Virus record (IMG/VR): IMGVR_UViG_3300005804_000116
Coordinates: 1 to 42,989 of that record
From: a virus
Taxonomy: Duplodnaviria; Caudoviricetes
Direction: 5' to 3' (one strand)
DNA: 42,989 nucleotides
Shown here piece after piece: positions 17,887 through 27,800 of this stretch. Numbering within the stretch: the stretch's first letter is position 1; each line of letters starts with the position of its first letter. Both the position numbers and the translations under genes were made by a program. Under the pieces are notes generated by a model that was not told the DNA's origin, did no database searches, and saw only the letters and a program-made list of their open reading frames with translations.

Positions 17887-19275
17887 ATGAAAAAACTGAT
17901 TGAAAAGCGAAACGCCCGGCTGAGGCTCTTTGGTCTCATCATGCTTTGTGCCTTTGCGCTTGTTACCGTATTTATGGCCCCATTGGTAGCCGGGGTAATG
18001 GCTGCAACCCTCGCAATTCCCGCAGGAATCGATTTGACCGATAAGGAAAAGGCCGCAATGCAAGCCGTTGTAGAAGCCGTCAATAAGGAGGTTGACCGAT
18101 TGTCGAAAGGATATATCACAGAAGCAAAGTTCTCCGAGCTTGCCACAGCATCAATCAAAGAGTACCTGAAAGACAACGAGCCAAGCAAGGCGAAAATCCT
18201 TGAGTTGGAAAACGCTTTGAAGGCCCAGGGTCTTGAAATTCTGTCGCTGAAAGAAGGGAAGCGCGAAACACTTAAAAGCTTTGGCCAAAACGTAGCTGAG
18301 GCATACAAGGCCAATGTTGAAGCAATCAAGGCCATTAAGACCAAGCAGGGGGGCATGATTGCGTTTGAGATTAAGGACGTTGGTACCATGCAGCGAGATA
18401 CGCATGTCACCGGTGTGTCTGGCCTGATGGAAACGCTTGAACCGGGATTGACCCGTATTGCACGGAGATTGCCGTTTTTACGCGACATTATGAACACCGC
18501 CAACACCACAAGCCCAATCATCAAATATGTTGAATATGTTTCTCCGCAGGGCGACGCAGCGGCTACCGGTGAAGGCAAAAAGAAATCACAGATTGATTTC
18601 AAAATCGTAGTACGGTCGGCCGAAGCGAAAAAGGTTACCGCATTTATCAAGGTGTCGGAGGAAATGATTGAGGATATTCCCTTCATTCAGGGTGAAATCA
18701 ATGGGGATTTGGTTGAAAGGCTGGACCTGAAAGTTGATGCCGATCTGCTGTCTGGAGATGGCGATGGCGATAATTTAAAGGGACTGTTGGAGTATGCACC
18801 TGAATTTGCGGCAGGAAGCTTTGCAAACACGGTTGAGCGAGCAAATAAGTTTGATGTACTGAGGACGGCCGTGGCGTTGATATACAACGCTCATTTCATC
18901 CCGAACTATATTCTGGTGAATCCGTTGGATGCAGCGAGTATGGAATTGACAAAGGCGGAGGATGGTCATTATATTCTGCCCCCGTTTATCACGGCAGACG
19001 GGAAGCGAATCGGAGGAGTGCCAATCATCGAAAATGCCGGTATCACCGTTGGAGATTTTGTCGTTGGCGATTTTACCAAATCAAACCTCCGCATCCGTAA
19101 GGATGGTGTGTTGAAGGTTGGTTATGAGAATGATGATTTCACCAACAACCTTATTACCATTCTGGTGGAAGCCCGGATGGTTCACTACATTAAGACAAAT
19201 CACGTGAATGCTTTCATTCAGGGTGATTTTGCTACGGCCATTGCTGCAATAGCAACGGAAGAAGCCGGTACCTAA
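17887..19275 (+). CDS. Major capsid protein (HK97 fold) with hydrophobic N-terminal leader
   Basis: GEGKKK, KVTAFIKVSEEMIED, LLSGDG...LKGLL, VGDF, FTNNLITILVEAR. Confidence 0.93.
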   Translation: MKKLIEKRNARLRLFGLIMLCAFALVTVFMAPLVAGVMAATLAIPAGIDLTDKEKAAMQAVVEAVNKEVDRLSKGYITEAKFSELATASIKEYLKDNEPSKAKILELENALKAQGLEILSLKEGKRETLKSFGQNVAEAYKANVEAIKAIKTKQGGMIAFEIKDVGTMQRDTHVTGVSGLMETLEPGLTRIARRLPFLRDIMNTANTTSPIIKYVEYVSPQGDAAATGEGKKKSQIDFKIVVRSAEAKKVTAFIKVSEEMIEDIPFIQGEINGDLVERLDLKVDADLLSGDGDGDNLKGLLEYAPEFAAGSFANTVERANKFDVLRTAVALIYNAHFIPNYILVNPLDAASMELTKAEDGHYILPPFITADGKRIGGVPIIENAGITVGDFVVGDFTKSNLRIRKDGVLKVGYENDDFTNNLITILVEARMVHYIKTNHVNAFIQGDFATAIAAIATEEAGT

Positions 19276-19286
19276 ACAAGTCAGCC

Positions 19287-20180
19287 ATGATTGTAAAGAT
19301 TATCCAGACAACAAAGAGCGGACTGATTGAAGGTTCAATCAAATCCGTTTCTGATTGGGTCGGCAGGGAACTCATTAAAAAGGGACTTGCCGAAAAACAC
19401 ATTCCGTCCCCGGGTGAATCCCTGGGAGCAGCTACCTGTCAGCCCATGCCGGATTTCGATTTCAGTATCAAAACCCCGGTAAAAGGGAAAAACAAAAAGG
19501 TTGCATACATGGCGACCTTTCCCCTTCGCAGGGATGTCGTATTGAAAGCAGTTGAAAGCCTGGTCAATCAGGTTGATGCTGTAGTGATTTGGGCAAACGG
19601 TTACACGGCAGAAGAAGCAGAATCCTTGTCAAAACAGGGAGGAAAGAAACTGCATGTCTTTTGTGCTGATGGAATTGATGCAGGCTGTACAGGTAAGTTT
19701 GCTTTTTGTGAGTCTTGGCATGGATATGTCTTTACAGTTGATGATGATTTTGTTTATCCGGAGGATTATGTAGAAAAGTTGATTGAGGCCATTGAAGTTT
19801 ATGACCGGAAAGCAATCGTAAGCCTTCACGGTAGGCGTGTCATTCCCCCTGTCCTGAATTATTACACGGACAAGGGTGATTTTTTTCGATGTACAAAAGA
19901 GGTCGCCTCGGATGAAAAGATTGACCTCATTGGGACAGGGGTGATGGCATTTCACACAGATACGTTGAACCCTCCGCTATCTGGCCGTGATGTGTTCAGT
20001 TACACAAATATGTCGGATATCCTTTTCTCTATCGAGATGAAGAAAAGGGAAATCCCGATGTATGTAATGAAACATGCAGGAGGATGGCTGAAAGCCTTAC
20101 CGCAAAAGGTTACGATTGGAGCAAGGACGAAAAAGGACTGCCGGCTTGAAACGGCTCTGATTAATCAAAACTGGAAGTAA
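19287..20180 (+). CDS. GT-A fold glycosyltransferase with a small N-terminal head-protein-like domain
   Basis: AYMATFPLR...AVESLVNQVD, GKF, VFTVDDDFVYPEDYV, GTGVMAF, NMSDILFS. Confidence 0.85.
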   Translation: MIVKIIQTTKSGLIEGSIKSVSDWVGRELIKKGLAEKHIPSPGESLGAATCQPMPDFDFSIKTPVKGKNKKVAYMATFPLRRDVVLKAVESLVNQVDAVVIWANGYTAEEAESLSKQGGKKLHVFCADGIDAGCTGKFAFCESWHGYVFTVDDDFVYPEDYVEKLIEAIEVYDRKAIVSLHGRRVIPPVLNYYTDKGDFFRCTKEVASDEKIDLIGTGVMAFHTDTLNPPLSGRDVFSYTNMSDILFSIEMKKREIPMYVMKHAGGWLKALPQKVTIGARTKKDCRLETALINQNWK

Positions 20181-20695
20181 TGGCAAACCTTGTAGGCATC
20201 AATGATTTTGTTGGGGAATTCCTTGTGCCAAACCTGGCAGGAACCAGCGCGGCCGTTTCGGGAAACCTTACCGAGATTGGTCGGTTTATCGCTATCTATG
20301 AGCGGAAATACCTCATAAAAATCCTGCAGCCTGCATTGTTTGTGGCCTTTCTTGAAGGGTTGGATGTGGAAGAGGGCGAAGAGCCGGACCAGAGGTGGGT
20401 TGACCTCAAAGCGCAATTGTTGAGGACTCCGGAGAGGCCGTCCCCGATAACCGGGTATGTATACTACCATTGGGCCCGGAACCGGGTAACTCAGACTGCA
20501 GCTCTCGGTGAAGTTGAAACCCAGGGAGAAAATTCAGTAGTGGTTGTAGGCGAAAAAATGACGAGAGCTTTCAATCACTCAGTTCATGCAGGACAGGAGG
20601 TTTATGACTGGCTTGTGGAGCATGAAGACGATTACCCTGAGTTTGACGGTTGGGAGCCTTATCCCTTGAAAACAATAAACCGTTTTGGCTTATGA
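20180..20695 (+). CDS. Putative head-tail connector protein
   Basis: Position after the head genes; YERKYLIKIL...SPITGYVYYHW. Confidence 0.65.
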   Translation: MANLVGINDFVGEFLVPNLAGTSAAVSGNLTEIGRFIAIYERKYLIKILQPALFVAFLEGLDVEEGEEPDQRWVDLKAQLLRTPERPSPITGYVYYHWARNRVTQTAALGEVETQGENSVVVVGEKMTRAFNHSVHAGQEVYDWLVEHEDDYPEFDGWEPYPLKTINRFGL

Positions 20696-21216
20696 ATGTA
20701 GTAGATATCTTTTCACACGTTGTTTCCGCAACCTCCGCAGAATATAAAGCTGCCGGAGGGTCTGATGTTTTGTATCAGCATGGCCATCCCCGGGAAATTG
20801 TTGAAACCCTGCAGGAGATGAGTGCCAACCCGGAAGCTACGGAGAAGAAATATCCCCTCATTGCCCTGTTTCAGGACTTTCCGGAAAAGAAAGGATTTGC
20901 CCAGGGAACGCAGTTGAAGCTGAACCTGATTATTGCAACCCTGACGAACCGAGAGCTGAAAGCCGCAGACAGGTACGCCCAATCTTTTAACCCTGTATTG
21001 ATTCCAATTTATGTTCTGTTCCTTGCCAAGATTGCCAAGTCCGGTTATTTTCGTGAAACCGAACCCTCGAAAATTGTTCATACTAAGTATGACCGCATGT
21101 ATTGGGGAAGAACCGGGCTGTATGGAAATCAGGGTAACATCTTCAATGACTTTATTGACTGTATTGAATTAGTTGACTTGAATTTGACTGTTAAACCTCA
21201 AATCTGTATACCATGA
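20692..21216 (+). CDS. Putative tail terminator / head-tail joining protein
   Basis: Directly upstream of the tail tube gene; KYPLIALFQD. Confidence 0.6.
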   Translation: MNVVDIFSHVVSATSAEYKAAGGSDVLYQHGHPREIVETLQEMSANPEATEKKYPLIALFQDFPEKKGFAQGTQLKLNLIIATLTNRELKAADRYAQSFNPVLIPIYVLFLAKIAKSGYFRETEPSKIVHTKYDRMYWGRTGLYGNQGNIFNDFIDCIELVDLNLTVKPQICIP

Positions 21217-22148
21217 CAACGATTAACACGCCTACCTGTTTTGTTGGAGGCGCAAATACCGGTATTCCGGCTTGCCTTTTGGCTCCGGACAAAATTGTTG
21301 GGGCGATCTTGATTGACCGTTCCAAATCCTTCACCGATGAGGAAGCTGCGGATATTATTGCAGAACTGCAGGAGTTGGCATTGCTGACCGGCAGGGAACG
21401 TATTTATCCCGTTTTCCGATTCGACGAAATTGCCGACAGCTCCGAGGAAGAAGTTGTAGTATCCCTGGGCTATGGCTCCAAACAGGTTGCCCGTGATGGG
21501 AAATACGACTGGACTTTCCGGATGCTGAATAGTGGCCTTTGTCTGCAGTCGAAGCTCCGTGCTTTCAACAAGGCAAAAATGAAGGTGCTGTTTGTTGACA
21601 GCAACAATATCATTTTTGGCACTCGCACCCCGGCCGGTGAAATCACAGGGTTCAGCCTTGATTTCTTTTATGCCAAGCCGTTCAAAATTGCAGACGGTAG
21701 CAATTCTTCCATTTTTCAGGTTCGCTTTGCTTTATCGAAGCCGGCAGAATTCAACGACAATGTTGTTTTCCTGAATCCGGGTGTTGATGTTGAGGAGGCC
21801 GTTAAAGGTATCATTGATGTTGAACTCTTCGAGATTGCAAAGGTGGCCGGAAAAGCTACTGTCGGTGTGCGTACACAATGCGACAAGGTGAACATATTTG
21901 ATTCATTCTCTGATGCCTTGGCCGCGGGAGCCCTGTGGAGTGTAACGAAAGCAGGGGCAACCGTATCCATTACGTCCGTGGTCAAAAACACGACTGCAAA
22001 CGGATGGGATATTTCATTTACCGGAACCGGTGAGCATGTCATTAACCTGGCCTCGACTGAGGATCTGGCTACCGCAAATGTGGGTGGCGCACCGGACAAC
22101 GGGTACGAATCGACCGGAGGTATTACTGTTACCATGCCCGCACCGTAA
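21213..22148 (+). CDS. Major tail tube protein
   Basis: 311 aa, beta-rich, N-terminal C..NTG...C, C-terminal Ig-like extension; position. Confidence 0.7.
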   Translation: MTTINTPTCFVGGANTGIPACLLAPDKIVGAILIDRSKSFTDEEAADIIAELQELALLTGRERIYPVFRFDEIADSSEEEVVVSLGYGSKQVARDGKYDWTFRMLNSGLCLQSKLRAFNKAKMKVLFVDSNNIIFGTRTPAGEITGFSLDFFYAKPFKIADGSNSSIFQVRFALSKPAEFNDNVVFLNPGVDVEEAVKGIIDVELFEIAKVAGKATVGVRTQCDKVNIFDSFSDALAAGALWSVTKAGATVSITSVVKNTTANGWDISFTGTGEHVINLASTEDLATANVGGAPDNGYESTGGITVTMPAP

Positions 22149-22333
22149 TGAAGGGCAATTACATCACCATGGACGGGGCCAGTTTTCTGACTGGTCACGT
22201 CCTTTCTTTTCAGTCTGAAAAGGACTTTGTGAAGGAATATGAAAACTCTGCCTACATGCACAAGGAACTGAAAGACCGCAAGGAAATGCTGAAGCAGGTA
22301 TATCGAATTGCAAAAAAGCAGGAGGCGAAATGA
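22148..22333 (+). CDS. Hypothetical protein
   Basis: Coupled on both sides. Confidence 0.65.
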   Translation: MKGNYITMDGASFLTGHVLSFQSEKDFVKEYENSAYMHKELKDRKEMLKQVYRIAKKQEAK

Positions 22334-22683
22334 AAAGGTTGTTTCGGTTTATAGCTGTGTGGAACGAATTCCTTTCGATTCCTTTGGCTTTGTTGCTATG
22401 GTTTTACTCACCTACATTGCTTCGGATGGTTGACCCTACGGCAGCTGCGTATGATTCGGCAGTATTGCAACAGGTAATCTTTGCAATCATCGCAGTGCTG
22501 ATTTTTCACGGCCTGGCCTGGTTTCTCTTGAAACTCACGTTCCCGGAGATTTACAGGTTTTTGGATAATGATTTTGGTGTGTTTTTCTCAAACTTACAAG
22601 GATGGCGAAAATTAAAATTAGCCTTGTTGCTGTTTTCGTTGTACTTCTTGGCTTTCGTGGTAGCCTTCAAAACGATTGTGTAA
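22330..22683 (+). CDS. Holin-like membrane protein (three hydrophobic helices)
   Basis: Three TM-like segments; precedes the endolysin. Confidence 0.7.
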   Translation: MKRLFRFIAVWNEFLSIPLALLLWFYSPTLLRMVDPTAAAYDSAVLQQVIFAIIAVLIFHGLAWFLLKLTFPEIYRFLDNDFGVFFSNLQGWRKLKLALLLFSLYFLAFVVAFKTIV

Positions 22684-23114
22684 TTCAATTTGCAAATCAT
22701 TATGTAGGTGTCCGGGAAGCAACCGGGAACAATGATGGCCCGGATGTGGAGATGTTTTTGGCATCCGCAAATGTTACGAAGGGCGCTCCGTGGTGTGCGG
22801 CCTTTGTAACGTATGTTCACCGTTTATGTGATTGCCCGGTTCCTAAAGCCCCGGCATGGTCTCCATCGTGGTTTCCTCAGGCAAGGGCGATAACGCTTTT
22901 GGGATGGGAACCAGGAGATGTTTTCGGGATTTACTATCAAAGCAAGAAGCGAATCGCGCATGTAGGAATTCTGGAAAACGAATCAGGGCCTTATTATATC
23001 ACCATCGAAGGCAATACCAACGAAGCCGGTAGTCGCGAGGGTGATGGTGTTTACAAGAAAAGACGTCCTAAACGAACAATTTACAAAGTTGCAAGATGGA
23101 AAGAAGTGAACTAA
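22602..23114 (+). CDS. CHAP-domain endolysin with N-terminal signal/anchor
   Basis: WCAAFV, HVGI, IEGNTN; hydrophobic N-terminus. Confidence 0.88.
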   Translation: MAKIKISLVAVFVVLLGFRGSLQNDCVIQFANHYVGVREATGNNDGPDVEMFLASANVTKGAPWCAAFVTYVHRLCDCPVPKAPAWSPSWFPQARAITLLGWEPGDVFGIYYQSKKRIAHVGILENESGPYYITIEGNTNEAGSREGDGVYKKRRPKRTIYKVARWKEVN

Positions 23115-23428
23115 TTACGATGCTTTTGACCTTTTTCATATCAGCCGTAACCGGGTTGTTTGGCTGGGTATTCGGCCGGAGAAAGAGCAAGGCAGATGCT
23201 CAGTCAGTTGAACTTGAAAATGTGTCTAAGGCTGTCGAAATTTGGCGTGAAGCAGCAGAGAACCTAAATGCACAGCTCAAAACCTACAATGAGCAGTATC
23301 TGGCCATACGGGATGAAAATATCAGTCTGCGGTCAGAAATTGCAGTATTGACAGTAAAAGTAAACTCCCTGACATGCGAAAATGCGAAATTGAGAAAGGA
23401 AATTGAAAAAATGAAACCCGGTGGCTGA
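23096..23428 (+). CDS. Membrane-anchored coiled-coil lysis-associated protein
   Basis: One N-terminal TM segment, RRK, long heptad repeat. Confidence 0.65.
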   Translation: MERSELITMLLTFFISAVTGLFGWVFGRRKSKADAQSVELENVSKAVEIWREAAENLNAQLKTYNEQYLAIRDENISLRSEIAVLTVKVNSLTCENAKLRKEIEKMKPGG

Positions 23429-23867
23429 TGTACTGGACATGATTGAAAACCTGGATTCCATTGACGTTGATAAGGAATCGAAGGTGGCCGTTGGTAAGAC
23501 TACCCGTGAAATGGTTATGCTTAACAGGGAGCAGATGGCGCACGGTATTCGGTCAGATGGTAAACAGATTGGAAGGTACAGAAACAGTGAGTATGCAATA
23601 ATGAAAAATGCCCTGAACCCGTTACCGGGTTTGGGCAATGTGGACCTAATCCTTACCGGTGCATTTTCAGATTCTTTTGACATTGACGTGAATGGAGAGG
23701 ATATTGACAGAATTGCAACGGACAGCAAGGCAGAGAGCTTGATTGAGAAGTATGGTGATGAAGTGTTTGGCCTTACCGACAACAATCAGGAATACTACAA
23801 TGAGGAGGTTTTTTATCCGGAACTGGCTGAGGCCATTGAGGAACAAACAGGTTTAATCTTTGAGTAA
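23421..23867 (+). CDS. Putative neck / tail-completion protein
   Basis: NREQMAHG...VDLILTGAFSDSF...KYGDEVFGLT; structural context. Confidence 0.6.
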   Translation: MADVLDMIENLDSIDVDKESKVAVGKTTREMVMLNREQMAHGIRSDGKQIGRYRNSEYAIMKNALNPLPGLGNVDLILTGAFSDSFDIDVNGEDIDRIATDSKAESLIEKYGDEVFGLTDNNQEYYNEEVFYPELAEAIEEQTGLIFE

Positions 23868-24067
23868 TGAGTTGCGGGTGTTCACAAATCAGAAAGGAGC
23901 GAAGCGGATATGAAAACATCAAACGGCTTGCAAAAGCCTGGGCAAAGGCAGAGAACACGGTTGTTCTCATTTACAAAAATCCGGACGGGAGTTTCGGGTT
24001 TATGGGAAATGATTGCCCGGAAGCCTTATCCCGTGAGGCTATCGAATACATATCACCGTTGCAGTGA
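23867..24067 (+). CDS. Small hypothetical protein (MSCGC start)
   Basis: TAATG coupling. Confidence 0.65.
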   Translation: MSCGCSQIRKERSGYENIKRLAKAWAKAENTVVLIYKNPDGSFGFMGNDCPEALSREAIEYISPLQ

Positions 24068-24653
24068 TACCCCGCTTTCCGTATTTATCGAGGTGTTGCT
24101 TACTGGAAACCTAAATGTCCTTGTCAGGTCAGGAAAACCGTCACCGCTCGAAATCTCAAACGCATGGGAAAACCTTTTCTCAGAGTACTGCGAATTGGTC
24201 AAGGCTCCGAGGTATGTTCAGGTTTTGAGCCTGTCGAAAGAAATAGGCGCCCTCACAAGTAAATTGTTGACAGTGCGGGCCTGTATATCGATACTGGCTT
24301 ACCGGCATAGCGCAAAGGCAGTTTATATTCTTGAGAGCTTTGGTTACCGGGGTGACTTTGACAGGTCAGACATGAATAGACTTGCCAAGGTGCTTGAAGG
24401 GATTAACACTCGGTCAAAGGGTATTGAAATAGCGCTTGCTCAGAAAAAAGCAGAGTATGACCGGCTGATTAAGGCAGGTTCCCCCGGAGAGTTGTCGCGT
24501 GAAAAGTTTGCGTCCGTATTACTTGACCTGTCAAAATTCATGGGTTATCAGGTGCGCGCTGACCAGGTTACAGTTCTTGAATATGCCGCTTTGTTGAAAA
24601 AATATGAGCAATGGGTTGAGGCTATGACGAAAGCACAGCAACGAAAAAAATAA
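24009..24653 (+). CDS. Putative tail assembly chaperone (start uncertain)
   Basis: Helical protein preceding the tape measure gene. Confidence 0.55.
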   Translation: MIARKPYPVRLSNTYHRCSDTPLSVFIEVLLTGNLNVLVRSGKPSPLEISNAWENLFSEYCELVKAPRYVQVLSLSKEIGALTSKLLTVRACISILAYRHSAKAVYILESFGYRGDFDRSDMNRLAKVLEGINTRSKGIEIALAQKKAEYDRLIKAGSPGELSREKFASVLLDLSKFMGYQVRADQVTVLEYAALLKKYEQWVEAMTKAQQRKK

Positions 24654-24873
24654 TCATGAGAAGTATTGCGATCCATACCACGCAGCCGGCCCCGAGGAAT
24701 TCCCCGGGCTTATCCTTCATTTGTTCGCGGAGTTTTTCCCGTTTCTTTTCCTCAACCCTTTTTTCGAGTTCATCGGCCAGCTGTTTTGCAACAATCTCCA
24801 GATGCCTGTCAGTAGGATTTTCGATTATGAGGCGAGGAATAATGCGCTCAGGTTTTTTCTTTCTCCACAACAT
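24622..24873 (-). CDS. Antisense-oriented small membrane protein (moron)
   Basis: 83 aa, charged coiled coil plus C-terminal TM helix; fills the gap before the tape measure gene. Confidence 0.65.
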   Translation of the reverse strand: MLWRKKKPERIIPRLIIENPTDRHLEIVAKQLADELEKRVEEKKREKLREQMKDKPGEFLGAGCVVWIAILLMIIFFVAVLSS

Positions 24874-24884
24874 TACTTTGATTT

Positions 24885-27800
24885 ATGGGAAGCAAGGGTA
24901 AAATTACTGAAATAATTGATATTGCAGCCGTTCAAAAGCAAATTGAAACGGTCAATCAGGGTCTTGGGACTATCATTGATAAAATGGAGACAGTGGCCGG
25001 TGTTGCTCATTCCTTGAAGTTTGATTTTGGTAAGGCGAAGAATCTGAAGGATGTGGCACAGGCCGGAAGCGACCTTGAGGCACAGATGAAAATCCTTGGC
25101 CCTTTGACGAAGGAGATAGCCAAGTTAGAAGAAGGCAGGGCAAAACTTTTGGCAAAGCAAGCATCCCTTGAATCAGAGGCGGCAAAGGAAACAGCAAAAC
25201 TTAATCTTGAGATAAGGAAACGAAATTCTGAGTTGGCTATCGAGGCGAAACTAAATGCGGAAAAGGCGGGTTCCCTGAACAGATTGTCGGCAGAATTGAC
25301 CGAAGCGAAAAACGCTTTTAAGGCTTTGTCAGAGGAAGAGAGGAAGGGGGCTACCGGTCAGGAGATGTTACAGAAGATACAGATATTAAACAAAGCCGTA
25401 ACCGAGGCAGAACATGAGATTGGTGAGTTCTTCCGTCAGGTTGGTAATTATGAAATTGCCGGGAAGGCAGTCAAGGTTGAAATGGCCGGGATTGCAAGGG
25501 AAATGGCGAAATTAAAGGTCGAAGGGCTTGAAAACTCAGAAGCCTTTCAGGATCTAAGCAATAAGCTTTCCCAGTTGGTTGTAGCAGTTGATGATTCGAA
25601 TATGAGCCTGAGAGAACAACAAAGGCTAATGGTTGAACAACTTGCTTTGATGAAAAAGAACGGGCTTGAGGGTTCACAAGCCTATGAAGATTTGAGGCAA
25701 ACGCTTGGACAGTTAGTTGATACAATGCAAGACGTAACAGCCGAGGCCAAGGTGATGGCGTCAGACACGAAGAGTTTGGACCAGGTGATTAGTGTTGCGG
25801 AAGGGCTGACGGGAGTGTACACGGCCATGGAAGGAGCCAGCGCCCTTTTGGGAGTGGAGAATGAGGAACTGATGCAAACCTTTGTGAAGTTACAGGCTGC
25901 AATGGCAGTCCTCAATGGATTGCGCTCGATTCAAAACGTACTGCAAAAAGAGAGCGCGGCTTATATCTTGGCGGAGAATTTACAGCGCAAGGCTCAGGTT
26001 CTTATCACCAATCTCCAAACCTCTGCAGAAGGGAAGGGGATTGTTGTCCGAAAAGCCGCTACAGCTGCTCAATGGTTATTGAATAAGGCTATGTTGGCCA
26101 ACCCGGCCGGTTTGTTGCTTGCTGCGGTGGTTGCTTTAGTTGCTGCAGGATATGGATTGTATAAGGTGTTTTCCTCAAATGCAGATATACAGGAAAAGTT
26201 TGCCGAAAAACTTAGTCATACGAAACGTCAGATTGAACAGATCAATACCGACCTTGAGAGACAAATAAAAATTATGGAAGCCTCCGGGGTTTCAGAATAC
26301 CAAATTTCAAAAGAAAGATTGAGGGTCTTGCAAAATGAATTTGAAACAAGGCAATCCCTTATAGTCAGCTTTTCAATGTTAAACAAGCGAATGACAGATG
26401 AACAAAAAGAACAATTCGAAGAGTTAAAAAAAGCACAGAAAGAAACATTGCAAAAGATTGATGAACTCAATACATCAGCAACAATCAGGGATATTTCACT
26501 AAAAAGGGATGCTCAAAAACAACAGCTGGAGTCAATGAAAGACGGCATGGCAAAAGAGCTGGCATTGTTAAGGTTTGAGTATGCGCACCGGATAGGACAG
26601 GCGCAAGGAAGTAATGAAATGATTGCAGCATTGACAGAGGCACAAGTAAAAAAAGAATCTGAAATCAGGCGCAAGTATGCGGAGGAATATTTGAAGCAGA
26701 ACGAGGAAATTGTCAGGAAGCTGACAGAAACAAGCATTTCCCTGATGAATGAGGGATTTGAAAAGGAATTAACTTCTATGCGGGAATCGTACCGGCAAAG
26801 AATTGAGGAAGTTAAAACACAGCTCAGAATCGAGACCACTTTGACGGTGGAGCAGAGAAAAATGTTAAACAAAATCATTCAGAACCTCACATTGGAGCAA
26901 ATAAAGAAGGAAGATGAACTGATTCGCGAGGCGCAAGTTGAAACTCTGAAAAGACAACAGTTGAATATTCAGATTGGGTTAGATGCGGAAGGCGAGGGTT
27001 CAGCCCGGTATCTTGAATTGAAATTGTTAATGTTAGAGACGCAGCGGAAAATTGAAATTGAGGAGGCTATCAAAACAGGTGCGTCCGTTCTGGCCATAAA
27101 TGCTAAGTATGAAAAATTGAAGGCGGACGAAGTACTCAAGGCGGCCACAGAAGCAATCAGGAAGGCTGGGGATTCCCGGCTATTGGAATATGAAAGGCAG
27201 TATGCGGATGAAAGGGCAGCAATAGCACAGCAATATGCCTCAGGTGTGATTGATGCGGAAGCATTCCAGAAGCAAATTTCAGACTTGGAGGCAAAATTCT
27301 CCTTGTCGAGGTACCAAAGTGCGATTGATATTGCACAGAAGGAACTGGATAAAGCGAAGGAATTAGGGCTTGATGCCTTTGAGCAAGAGAAGGCATTGAA
27401 GGAAGCCCAGATTGCCCTTGACAATGCGAAAACAGACCAGTTTGTTGCAAACAGAGACAGAGAAATTGATGCACAAAAGGCGGCAAACGAGAAGCTGAAA
27501 GAACTGGCGCAGGTATTATATTCGGGAATCACAAATCTTATCAATGCACATTATGAGTCTGAGCTGGCCGACCTCGACAAAAAGGCTGAGGCTGATGAAG
27601 CGGCAAAAAACAAGGAACTGGAAAATGCTGGGTTGACACAGGCGGCTAAGGACAGGATTGCGGCAAGCTATGATGCAAAGGAGGCCGAAAGGGAAAAGAA
27701 ACGGAGACAGGTCAAAATGGAACAGGCCCGGTTTCAGAGAGCCATGTCAATATTCGAAATCCTTACCAATACTGCTTCTGCAGTGGTGGAGGCGTTGCCA

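Noticed and set aside
23867-24653. Programmed -1 frameshift at G GGA AAT (24004-24010) making a G/GT-type tail chaperone
   Set aside because: The -1 frame meets TGA immediately; the long downstream ORF is in the +1 frame
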